Shown here: piece after piece, positions 18,586-25,934 of the stretch
Layout of the letters: every line of letters starts with the position of its first letter
How positions within the stretch are numbered: position 1 is the first letter of the stretch
Virus record (IMG/VR): IMGVR_UViG_3300030372_003297
Coordinates: 1 to 34,783 of that record
Length of the DNA: 34,783 nucleotides
Direction: 5' to 3' (one strand)
DNA from: a virus
Lineage: Duplodnaviria > Caudoviricetes
Notes under the pieces: model-generated
What the model was told of the DNA's origin: nothing
Seen by the model: the letters and a program-made list of their open reading frames with translations, nothing else
The model's database searches: none
Made by a program: the position numbers and the translations under genes

Positions 18586-18848
18586 GTGAGAGGGGTGATT
18601 CACCTTCCGCGTCTGCTATGGAGCAGATCGCGCTGTGTCCTGCTAGCCATCAGGCACAGCGTGGTCTGCCCGAAAATACCAGCAAAGCCGCGCATCGGGG
18701 AACCATGATTCACCTGCTACTTGAGCTTAATAAAAAAGATTTTGAGTGCGCTATTGAGTTGGCGGCAAAGCGCGACGAACTCATTGACCAGATATTTCCC
18801 ACTGGCCGAAAGATGACAATGAAGGAGCAACGGTTATGGCTGAAATAA
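18582..18848 (+). CDS. Cas4/DUF2800-like PD-(D/E)XK nuclease, N-terminal part
   Basis: SASAM...CPAS...A.RGT.IH...E.RLW. Confidence 0.75.
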   Translation: MSERGDSPSASAMEQIALCPASHQAQRGLPENTSKAAHRGTMIHLLLELNKKDFECAIELAAKRDELIDQIFPTGRKMTMKEQRLWLK

Positions 18849-19198
18849 GGTTTTCAGGCCAAGCTGATCACATTGTAACACAAGGTGATGTAGGCTTAAT
18901 AATGGACTACAAGACAGGGACATTTCCTGTGACCCCTGCTAGTCAAAACCTTCAGCTGATGGCTTTAGCAGTGCTGCTGAAGGCTAATAAACCAAAGCTG
19001 ACCACAATCTATGCTGCAATCCTCCAGCCCACTTACGAGCCGGAGTTGGTTTGTTATGACGAAGACGCACTAGCAGATGCTCGGGAGCATATTATAAGCC
19101 TTTTAAAAAAGGCAAACGCGGAAGATGCACCGCGCATTGGAGGCGATAAACAATGTCATTTCTGCAAAGCAAAGGAGGACTGCGATGAAGCACCTTGA
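18836..19198 (+). CDS. Cas4/DUF2800-like PD-(D/E)XK nuclease, C-terminal part
   Basis: GQAD, DYKTG, QL..LA, C..C.....C; own AAGGAG RBS. Confidence 0.8.
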   Translation: MAEIRFSGQADHIVTQGDVGLIMDYKTGTFPVTPASQNLQLMALAVLLKANKPKLTTIYAAILQPTYEPELVCYDEDALADAREHIISLLKKANAEDAPRIGGDKQCHFCKAKEDCDEAP

Positions 19199-19299
19199 TG
19201 AAACTTGGGAGGAGTTTTGTCTGCGCTCAAAGCGAATAATTTTAGTCGGCATAGCAAGAGGATGGATTTACCCAGAATTACATAACCAAAAAAACAAAC

Positions 19300-19614
19300 A
19301 TGGAACCCAAAAAAACGAAAAAAATCGGAAAAGGAACAATCTTCTTCAACCACAACGCATCGGAGAAAGCACCGAGGTACAAAGCAAGGATAGAGATGGA
19401 TGAAGGAGGGGTTTATGAAATCCCGCTATGGTTCAACGGCACTGCGGGCCAAGAAGGATTTAGGATCGGACTAAACATTGAAGAAGTCCTTAACCCTCAA
19501 TCAAGAACCCAAAAGCCAATTAGCGCAGAGGAAGCTAAAGAAGGTTTTGATAAGGTACGCGCTCAAATGGCCGAAGGGGAACCCCCGAAGGAAGAGGATG
19601 ACGTTCCGTTTTAA
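19300..19614 (+). CDS. Probable ssDNA-binding protein
   Basis: GTIFFN...P.Y, acidic EEDDVPF tail; follows ERF and nuclease. Confidence 0.65.
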   Translation: MEPKKTKKIGKGTIFFNHNASEKAPRYKARIEMDEGGVYEIPLWFNGTAGQEGFRIGLNIEEVLNPQSRTQKPISAEEAKEGFDKVRAQMAEGEPPKEEDDVPF

Positions 19615-19623
19615 TTATTAATT

Positions 19624-19697
19624 AGACCAGCGCATTGCCCTACATCGGTACACCTCCTTGGCATCCAGTACCACCGCAGTGCGTCTGGTCTGTTTTT
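19624..19697 (+). other. Long intergenic hairpin with CCTCCTT in the inner loop; possible terminator or structured RNA
   Basis: agaccag-cgcattgc pairs with gcagtgcg-t-ctggtct; inner ggtac/gtacc; followed by GTTTTT. Confidence 0.55.
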
Positions 19698-19699
19698 AA

Positions 19700-20395
19700 A
19701 TGAATGAACAACGAACACACATCGACCTCTTCAGCGGGATCGGAGGATTCGCCCTTGCAGCCAATGCTGCTGGGTTTAGAACCAGTGTGTTCTGCGAGCA
19801 AGACGACTACTGTGCCAAAGTTCTCCGAAGACACTGGCCGAACGTCCCGATTATCCCAGACGTTAAAGAGTTTGACGGAACAAGATGGAAAGGGGCCGAC
19901 CTGCTCACAGGAGGATTTCCCTGTCAGCCATTTTCAAACGCAGGTCTCAAGCTCGGAAAAGAGGACAATGACCGTTACCTCTGGCCGGAAATGTTCCGTG
20001 TTATTAAGGAAGCAAGACCCCGTTTCGTCCTTGCTGAAAATGTTACTCCACTCATTCGCTTGGCAATCGACGAAGTGCTTTCTGACTTGGGAAGCGAAGG
20101 GTACACCACAGGGACAGTTGTACTTCCAGCTTGTGCCCTCAACGCCCCCCACCGACGACCAAGGTGTTGGATTCTGGCCCACTCCAACAGCGAACGAGGA
20201 TGCGGCTGGAAGCGTGAACGGAAATATGCAGCCGATGCTGGGGAACCATCCGGCAGTCCGGAACTCCGGCAATGGGACACTGAACCCGCTGTGGGTAGAG
20301 TGGCTCATGGGATACCCCACAGGACACACAGACTTAAAGCCCTTGGAAACTCCATAGTGCCACAAGTGGCTTATGAAATCTTAAAACTAATATGA
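19700..20395 (+). CDS. DNA (cytosine-5) methyltransferase, alpha-type polypeptide (motifs I-VIII, X)
   Basis: DLFSGIGG, GGFPCQPFS, ENV, H.R.R, LGNSIVP; no TRD or motif IX in frame. Confidence 0.92.
   Translation: MNEQRTHIDLFSGIGGFALAANAAGFRTSVFCEQDDYCAKVLRRHWPNVPIIPDVKEFDGTRWKGADLLTGGFPCQPFSNAGLKLGKEDNDRYLWPEMFRVIKEARPRFVLAENVTPLIRLAIDEVLSDLGSEGYTTGTVVLPACALNAPHRRPRCWILAHSNSERGCGWKRERKYAADAGEPSGSPELRQWDTEPAVGRVAHGIPHRTHRLKALGNSIVPQVAYEILKLI
19704..20357 (+). CDS. Nested +1-frame ORF: MTase beta-type polypeptide (TRD and motif IX)
   Basis: WPTPTA and LNPLWVEWLMGYP; start ATG 19704 or 19968. Confidence 0.75.
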   Translation: MNNEHTSTSSAGSEDSPLQPMLLGLEPVCSASKTTTVPKFSEDTGRTSRLSQTLKSLTEQDGKGPTCSQEDFPVSHFQTQVSSSEKRTMTVTSGRKCSVLLRKQDPVSSLLKMLLHSFAWQSTKCFLTWEAKGTPQGQLYFQLVPSTPPTDDQGVGFWPTPTANEDAAGSVNGNMQPMLGNHPAVRNSGNGTLNPLWVEWLMGYPTGHTDLKPLETP

Positions 20396-20745
20396 AAATG
20401 AAAACTGAATTGAAGCCCGAAGACGAAGAAATGATGCGACAGATTGTAGAGCTAGTTTCCGAGCAAACGTACATCCCCGTTAAAGACATCCTGGGGAAGT
20501 CGCGCCGAGAAGATCGGGTGGACGCTCGTCACCTAGCATGGTTCTTCACGGTCAAGCACAGCGGTCTGCCGCTAATAGTCGTAGCTAAATATTTCCAAGT
20601 TCAACACTCGGCCATTGTTTATGCGCTGAAGAATGTTGCTTACCGCGTGTTGCTTCACAAAAACAAAAAAATGGAGCGTGACATGCGTTTTATAGCGAGA
20701 GAGTTGAAGTGTCCCGAAATAACAGAAGAGTTGGAGGTCGTTTGA
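20392..20745 (+). CDS. DnaA C-terminal (domain IV)-like HTH protein
   Basis: ILGKSR....DARHLAWF...L..VAKYF...HSAIVYA. Confidence 0.8.
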   Translation: MKMKTELKPEDEEMMRQIVELVSEQTYIPVKDILGKSRREDRVDARHLAWFFTVKHSGLPLIVVAKYFQVQHSAIVYALKNVAYRVLLHKNKKMERDMRFIARELKCPEITEELEVV

Positions 20746-21041
20746 GTGCCGATCCGAATAGAGATAGAAGAGAGAGTTCCGAGCCTAAATCTGCTCTTTG
20801 GATTGAACCCGTGGAGTCGGAAGAAGTTGAAGGAGAAAACTTTCGTCGCAGTCGCATCCGCATTACGAGCCGAAGGGTCAGACTGCTCGACCCAGATAAC
20901 CTCTGCATCAAATACATTATTGACGCGCTGCGCTACTGCAAAGTCATCAAAGACGACACAACGAAAGAAATTGAAGTCTACATCAAGCAAGAAAAAGTCA
21001 AGAAGCGCAAAGAAGAGAAAACGATCATTGAAGTAGAATGA
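20742..21041 (+). CDS. RusA-like Holliday junction resolvase, catalytic part (start TTG 20742 or GTG 20709)
   Basis: RLLDPDNL..K..IDAL....IKDD. Confidence 0.75.
   Translation: MSADPNRDRRESSEPKSALWIEPVESEEVEGENFRRSRIRITSRRVRLLDPDNLCIKYIIDALRYCKVIKDDTTKEIEVYIKQEKVKKRKEEKTIIEVE
20746..21036 (+). CDS. Overlapping ORF with RusA-like N-terminal strand and helix
   Basis: IRIEIEERVPSLN......W.RKKLK; GGAGGT RBS 7 nt upstream. Confidence 0.6.
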   Translation: MPIRIEIEERVPSLNLLFGLNPWSRKKLKEKTFVAVASALRAEGSDCSTQITSASNTLLTRCATAKSSKTTQRKKLKSTSSKKKSRSAKKRKRSLK

Positions 21042-21048
21042 AACCAAT

Positions 21049-21243
21049 TTGCACAAATCGGGAACAATTGAGCAATGGGAAAGAATAGCACGGAAAGTAG
21101 TTGCAATGCCGGACAAGGAGGTCAGTCGGAGCGAAGTGGACACTGTGCTGATCGGGATAACCCAAAGCAAAGACCGCTGGTTAATAGCAACGCTCCAAGA
21201 AAAGCGAAAACGAGCGTGGACTGCTACAGCGACGAAACGATAA
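21049..21243 (+). CDS. Hypothetical protein
   Basis: Helical-looking ORF filling the operon gap. Confidence 0.4.
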   Translation: MHKSGTIEQWERIARKVVAMPDKEVSRSEVDTVLIGITQSKDRWLIATLQEKRKRAWTATATKR

Positions 21244-21371
21244 ACGCCCGAAATGAAGGATGGGAAAGTGGGTACAAGATGGGCCGAGAGCAAATGATTA
21301 GTTTTTATGAATCCAAAATCTCCAGTTTAAAAAAGGAACTTAAACACTTTAGGGAGTTAGCCAAGAGATGA
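21216..21371 (+). CDS. Hypothetical protein (start uncertain)
   Basis: EGWESGY..G motif and coiled coil; ATGA-coupled to 21368. Confidence 0.45.
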   Translation: MDCYSDETINARNEGWESGYKMGREQMISFYESKISSLKKELKHFRELAKR

Positions 21372-21550
21372 ATCTGATAAACCGCACTAAAGCTAAACAA
21401 TACATTTTGAACAAGGCTCACAAAATGGGCCGGACAAAGTTTAGCCAAGTTTCAATGAAAGAAATGGAGCCAAAAATGCAAGCCGCACTAGACCGTTGGC
21501 TAAACGACTACCTGCACAGGCTCCCCAGTTTGGGAAAAACAATAAAATGA
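21368..21550 (+). CDS. Small basic protein, possible truncated histone fold
   Basis: LINRTKAKQYI...QVS...long helix...GKTIK; GGAG RBS; coupled on both sides. Confidence 0.55.
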   Translation: MNLINRTKAKQYILNKAHKMGRTKFSQVSMKEMEPKMQAALDRWLNDYLHRLPSLGKTIK

Positions 21551-21786
21551 TAAACCAACTACTAAACCAAGAGGTGCGGGTCAAAATAGGCTCATACACG
21601 GGCCAAACAGGAGTTGTCCAAAAGGTTTTCGCCGATGGCGAGAGCTTTTTAGTGAAACTTTCAAACGGCAAAGAGGTCATATTGCAAGATGTGTTTGTAG
21701 AGGAAATCCAAGAGCGCAGTAGCTACCCTAAAACACCTCAAAGTCTTGGGCCTGTGGCTAATTCAGTAGCCAAAAGCACGTTATGA
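21547..21786 (+). CDS. KOW-motif protein
   Basis: VRVKIGSYTGQTGVVQKV. Confidence 0.65.
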   Translation: MINQLLNQEVRVKIGSYTGQTGVVQKVFADGESFLVKLSNGKEVILQDVFVEEIQERSSYPKTPQSLGPVANSVAKSTL

Positions 21787-21872
21787 AAGACGGCACGCTG
21801 GGCCTAGTGTTTGAGTTTATGGTAGTAGCACTAATGCTGTACCTAATTTCCCGTTTACTGAGGTTTGTTTAA
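21783..21872 (+). CDS. 29-aa single-TM peptide, not in ORF track
   Basis: MKDGTLGLVFEFMVVALMLYLISRLLRFV; start and stop overlap both neighbours. Confidence 0.55.
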   Translation: MKDGTLGLVFEFMVVALMLYLISRLLRFV

Positions 21873-22345
21873 TGAAAGACCAAGAGACAGCAGAGCGCGA
21901 TCATGCGCGTTTTATAGAGCATCTGGACGCAAGCAATCCGGCGGTGTTTCAGTGTGCCAAATTCTTTTATGACAAGGGGATTCAGGTTGCTATTACCCCG
22001 ATGAGCAAGTCAAAGGACTACAATGACCGCCTAAACCACACTGACGACGGGGATTTGTATATCCAGCAAAGAATAGAAGTAAAAGGACTCTCCAGAGACT
22101 TCACAGATGGCTCAGATTGGCCTTTTGACGACTTTATAGTGTGTGCAGCGCATTCTTATGACCGAGCGAAGCCAAAGCCCTATGCGTACATGATTTTAAA
22201 CAAAAATCGCACCCACGTTGCCATAATTTACGGCAAAACCCGCCCTCATTGGAACACTCAATTTATAAAAGACAGTAGATATGAAGATGTAACCCAAAAA
22301 CTTTATCTATGCCCGATTAAACAAGTTGATTTTAGACAATTATGA
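21872..22345 (+). CDS. Putative PD-(D/E)XK nuclease-fold protein
   Basis: DDGDL....RIEVK. Confidence 0.55.
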   Translation: MKDQETAERDHARFIEHLDASNPAVFQCAKFFYDKGIQVAITPMSKSKDYNDRLNHTDDGDLYIQQRIEVKGLSRDFTDGSDWPFDDFIVCAAHSYDRAKPKPYAYMILNKNRTHVAIIYGKTRPHWNTQFIKDSRYEDVTQKLYLCPIKQVDFRQL

Positions 22346-23073
22346 AAGAAGACAAAGACCGACTATTTCAGTTTCCATTCTATCCGGCTGACTTCCTGGT
22401 AAGCACCATGCTAATGAGTCCGGCGGAGGTTGGAGCTTACATGAGACTGCTCTGTCACTCATGGATTGAAGACGGAATCCCATACAAAAGTAAGTCGTAT
22501 TTGGCCCGTTTGGCTGGCATATCTCCATCAAAGTTGGATCAAATCCTGTCAAAATTCTATGTGGATGATGAAAACCGTGTTCGGCATGTTCGGCTTGAGA
22601 CGGAACGAAAAAAGGTGGTGGAGCTACGCGAAAAGCGCGTAAAAGCAGGAAGAATTGGAGGCAATGCTAACAAGCAACGCTTAACGATTGCTTTAGCAAA
22701 AGAGAAGCAAGTGCAAAGCACCGCTAAACCTAACAAAACAAAACAAAACAAAACAGAACAAAGCCCCCCTATATCCCCCCGTGATTTTGAAACCAAAACT
22801 CTCTCCACAGCCGACCGGATCGGAATGGAAAAATCTCTTGTCCTAATCAGCGAAGAAATCAAAACCATTCTGAACAAGGCTGGAAGGAATGCCATGCAAG
22901 AAATCATTAGCTGGGGTAGCCCCGATGATCAGCAAAGGCTCAAGGGCTTGCGGGCGAGGGAGCGTGAAATCAAATCTCAGCTTATGGGCTTTGCCCCGCG
23001 CAAGCGCGAGACCCCCATCCATCAAGGGATGCAAGAGCTTGCCAGCGAGATAGCTGAAGAGTTAAGGTTATGA
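22342..23073 (+). CDS. DUF1376/YdaU-family replication initiator-like protein
   Basis: FPFYPADFL..T..MS..EVGAY.RLL..SW; AGRIGG; low-complexity linker. Confidence 0.8.
   Translation: MKEDKDRLFQFPFYPADFLVSTMLMSPAEVGAYMRLLCHSWIEDGIPYKSKSYLARLAGISPSKLDQILSKFYVDDENRVRHVRLETERKKVVELREKRVKAGRIGGNANKQRLTIALAKEKQVQSTAKPNKTKQNKTEQSPPISPRDFETKTLSTADRIGMEKSLVLISEEIKTILNKAGRNAMQEIISWGSPDDQQRLKGLRAREREIKSQLMGFAPRKRETPIHQGMQELASEIAEELRL
22726..22780 (+). repeat. (AAAAC)n tract plus CCCCCTATATCCCCCC inside the initiator gene; candidate origin
   Basis: aaacctaacaaaacaaaacaaaacaaaacagaacaaa. Confidence 0.45.
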
Positions 23074-23214
23074 CGCGGGCGGGAAGTGTACTGCTGATTT
23101 TAGCAATGCTGGGCTTGACCACTTTAACTTGCCCCGAACCCGCGTTTCCCCTTTCTCACCCTTCACACAATGCCCCTTTGCTGGCCCGTAAAGGGGTGCT
23201 GACGGGCTTTTGTA

Positions 23215-23233
23215 GTTTAAAGTGTCACAATGT
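23215..23233 (-). promoter_or_regulatory. Motif A copy
   Basis: Minus strand acattgtgacactttaaac. Confidence 0.65.
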
Positions 23234-23265
23234 ACCTTAGAAGCGTTAGAAGGCGTTTAAGGGCT

Positions 23266-23300
23266 AAAAAGAAAGGGCCGCCAGCTTTCGCCAGCGACCC
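23266..23300 (-). terminator. Intrinsic terminator of the minus-strand operon
   Basis: GGGUCGCUGGC-GAAA-GCUGGCGGCCC-UUUCUUUUU; wobble pairs form only on this strand. Confidence 0.85.
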
Positions 23301-23335
23301 GACTAGGACATTCCCCCAGGAACGGGGGAAAGGGG

Positions 23336-23629
23336 TTAATCTTTTAGGGGTTTCTTTCTTCTCCAATTAAGTTTGGGCATTTTTTTCTCAGCATCCTCAA
23401 TAGTGGTATCAAACTCCACTTCGCCATAAATGTTTTCCACGTTATAGGCCGAAATAAAATTGTCCGGCCTCCCGCAGATACCGTCCCAGTCCAGCACATA
23501 AAGAAAACCGTCATGGTATCCGATTTGTGCTACAGGGCTTTCAGAAATATCAATTCCGGTTGCTTCACTGTACCAAAGCAAACGGTTTGCTTTGGTTTTC
23601 ATATAAGTTTTTGCGTCTTGTGTTTTCAT
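23336..23629 (-). CDS. Hypothetical early protein
   Basis: ORF in operon with A-rich leader. Confidence 0.6.
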   Translation of the reverse strand: MKTQDAKTYMKTKANRLLWYSEATGIDISESPVAQIGYHDGFLYVLDWDGICGRPDNFISAYNVENIYGEVEFDTTIEDAEKKMPKLNWRRKKPLKD

Positions 23630-23668
23630 AAGTTTATTTTAATTGGTTTTTGGTTTGGGTTAAAGGGG

Positions 23669-24226
23669 TTAATACAGCAATTCGCTTGCGTAGCCGGAAA
23701 AGTATTGACCGCGTACGCATCCGGCCATGTCTTGCCATGTCTGAAAATGGAATTGATCCGGAAATTTTCGGATATATTCCACGCGGTCTTTAACGTCATA
23801 GCAATCCCGCCAAACGGTATCTGCCTCTTCACTTTCAAGCTCCGAAAAGTGTCCCTCATCAATCACGGGGTAATCTTCCAAAGCGCAAGCAATTTCAGCC
23901 GCCACTTCTAAATGCTTTGCCGCGTTTTTATGAATAGCAATCCATTCAATCCAGCCGCAAGCCCAATGGCCTTCTCGGACTATTGTCCAAGGCTCAACCT
24001 TGCCGCTATCATCTCCCCAAGTTAATTCGCCGCTATACTCTGGAGAAATTTTCTCCATGGCTTTGACCGCGCAAGCGAAATTGCTACGCTCCAAAGCGTC
24101 TGAGTCTCTATTCTGACCGACAAAAACATAGTGATTCTGCCATTCCGTGCCCCCATAGCTATCGGGCCGTGTCCATTTTTGTAGGTATCGCAAGGTGTTT
24201 TCTTCTAAATGTTCTAAAGGCTTCAT
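23669..24226 (-). CDS. Hypothetical acidic early protein
   Basis: RDSDALERSNF, HWACGWIEW, LEDYPVIDE. Confidence 0.75.
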   Translation of the reverse strand: MKPLEHLEENTLRYLQKWTRPDSYGGTEWQNHYVFVGQNRDSDALERSNFACAVKAMEKISPEYSGELTWGDDSGKVEPWTIVREGHWACGWIEWIAIHKNAAKHLEVAAEIACALEDYPVIDEGHFSELESEEADTVWRDCYDVKDRVEYIRKFPDQFHFQTWQDMAGCVRGQYFSGYASELLY

Positions 24227-24238
24227 AATTCTAATAGT

Positions 24239-24424
24239 TTAGTTTTGTTCCTGGTGAAAGATTCTTTGCCCCGTGGGGCTGGTAATATGGTAAATGCTCC
24301 GCGTGCGGGGGTCATACGCGCATAGCTCGCCGCGCCGGATTGAATAGCCGGACTCCACGCAACGGCTAATAAATCGCGCCTTGATAATCCGTGCGTCCGA
24401 GACGGTTTTGAATCGGGTAATCAT
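24239..24424 (-). CDS. Small hypothetical early protein
   Basis: ARF.SRC.E.G..I.RGE; fills operon. Confidence 0.6.
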   Translation of the reverse strand: MITRFKTVSDARIIKARFISRCVESGYSIRRGELCAYDPRTRSIYHITSPTGQRIFHQEQN

Positions 24425-24426
24425 GG

Positions 24427-24876
24427 TTAGTTGATCCGGTATGCAAAATAATTTGCGTTGTTATCTTCTAACTCCTCGCCGTCATAATGGCTCAAGAAAT
24501 GACCTCGCCCGTCTGCTGATATTGCGCCGTCAATGAAAGAATCCATACCTTCGCCCGCCTCAATTAAAGCAATTAAAGCGTCATTGGCGGATTCGCACCT
24601 GTCGCCGCGTAGCGCGTCAATATCTTCTCCCGTTAAGCCTTGCGGCGCATGGTCAGCAATGAACCAGCCCTGAAAAGCCCAGACAGATTCTCGGATATTA
24701 TCGGCGCAAGCCTTATCGCACTCCTCATCCGTGCCAATGGCATATTCAGCGCCGTCACAGTCAAAGACTTGCAAACCGTAATGGTCATAATTTTCTGGGG
24801 TTATATCCTCAACAGGAGTTGAGGTGATTTCTGATAGAATTGCGGAATAATCCGCGCTTGTTTGTGTAGTTTTCAT
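24427..24876 (-). CDS. Highly acidic early protein (possible DNA mimic/anti-restriction)
   Basis: D/E-rich, nearly Lys-free; DGRGHFLSHYDGEE. Confidence 0.65.
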   Translation of the reverse strand: MKTTQTSADYSAILSEITSTPVEDITPENYDHYGLQVFDCDGAEYAIGTDEECDKACADNIRESVWAFQGWFIADHAPQGLTGEDIDALRGDRCESANDALIALIEAGEGMDSFIDGAISADGRGHFLSHYDGEELEDNNANYFAYRIN

Positions 24877-24980
24877 ATCCTAGTATTTTTTCCCCATAGG
24901 GGCGTGTTGGTAGCACGTTGCCGGATTGTTCTGTCCTAGTCAGTCCGGCTCCCTATGGATTTACCTGACTAGGTTTGTGC

Positions 24981-25034
24981 TTAATCACACAATGCAACCA
25001 CCAGGAATGCTGGTGGCTGTAGTTGTAGGATTAA
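24981..25034 (-). repeat. Conserved intergenic hairpin 1
   Basis: TTAATCACACAA...TTGTAGGATTAA closing a CCACCAG/CTGGTGG stem. Confidence 0.75.
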
Positions 25035-25576
25035 TCTCGGGTAGGCATTAAAATTCCTTTCCCGCCTGTTGTCTTTTCTTCAATGATTAAAGGGCGGCTG
25101 GCATCTAGTTTGCCCGCCGGATTTGTTTCAATTTGCAATGTAACGCAATCATTGGGGCAACCTATGGCTTGGGCTAACTCATAAAGAAATTTGGCATTAA
25201 AGCTAATTGTTTGATAATCCCCGCCGCCAGTATTTTGGGGAACAACATTTTGCCAGAAAGGATATTTTAAATCTGTTCTTAATGGGTAAACTTCCCCGTT
25301 AGGCATCATAGCCGCACCATTTAAGCCAATTGTGCTTTCTTTAGCCTTTTTGGCTTGTTTCCTTGCCTCAATCAATGCCTTGGGAGTCATTAGCTTTTGA
25401 CCGTCCAATTGATCTTCCTCAGCTATCTCAATGGGTACAATTGCCATCCGGCGGCCATCAGTGGCAACGGCATTGTTTTGACCGTCTTTGGATTCAATCA
25501 AAATTGATTGCAACGGCTCACGTGTTTCATCTTTTGAAACTACTTTCTCTAACTTACAGTTTTTTGGTATTTTCAT
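25031..25576 (-). CDS. DNA polymerase III beta-clamp-like protein (half size)
   Basis: SKDETR..L, VATDGRRM, YP.W..VVP, FNAKFL, ILMP.R. Confidence 0.8.
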   Translation of the reverse strand: MKIPKNCKLEKVVSKDETREPLQSILIESKDGQNNAVATDGRRMAIVPIEIAEEDQLDGQKLMTPKALIEARKQAKKAKESTIGLNGAAMMPNGEVYPLRTDLKYPFWQNVVPQNTGGGDYQTISFNAKFLYELAQAIGCPNDCVTLQIETNPAGKLDASRPLIIEEKTTGGKGILMPTRD

Positions 25577-25606
25577 TGGTTTATCCTAGTTTTGTTTTGT
25601 TTTTGG

Positions 25607-25915
25607 TTAAATTGTTAACTCAGCAACTTTATCTTCGCCGATCCATTCTTTAAATTTGTTTGGGGTCATGGACATGACAAACCCTTGTGAGTCTTCAACT
25701 AAGATTAGTTCAGGTAAATCTAGATTAAAATGTTCTAGCTCTTCATAGGTTAAATCAAATCTGACCGCCCAAATTCCATGCCCATCTTCTTGGCAGCAAA
25801 TCACTTCACCATCGCCATCAAGGGAAATTTCATACAAATATGGGGTAATGGGGTTCTCAAGTTCAAACTTTCCAGCTTGGCTTACAATATCCTGATAGTA
25901 TTTTAATGCTTTCAT
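25607..25915 (-). CDS. Hypothetical acidic early protein
   Basis: GKFE.E...YLY..SLDG, EDSQGFV. Confidence 0.7.
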   Translation of the reverse strand: MKALKYYQDIVSQAGKFELENPITPYLYEISLDGDGEVICCQEDGHGIWAVRFDLTYEELEHFNLDLPELILVEDSQGFVMSMTPNKFKEWIGEDKVAELTI

Positions 25916-25934
25916 TGTCCTAGTTTTGGTTTTT

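Noticed and set aside
18582-19198. CRISPR-Cas system implied by Cas4-like gene
   Set aside because: No array or other cas genes; sits in the ERF-nuclease-SSB recombination module
19125-19403. ORF bridging nuclease and SSB-like genes
   Set aside because: Largely overlaps both neighbours; only the part from ATG 19185 might be real
19640-20365. Minus-strand ORFs over the MTase
   Set aside because: Antisense shadows of two open sense frames; no motifs
23070-23240. 56-aa ORF with hydrophobic N-terminus coupled to the initiator
   Set aside because: Possible, but runs through structured and operator DNA; too little support to list
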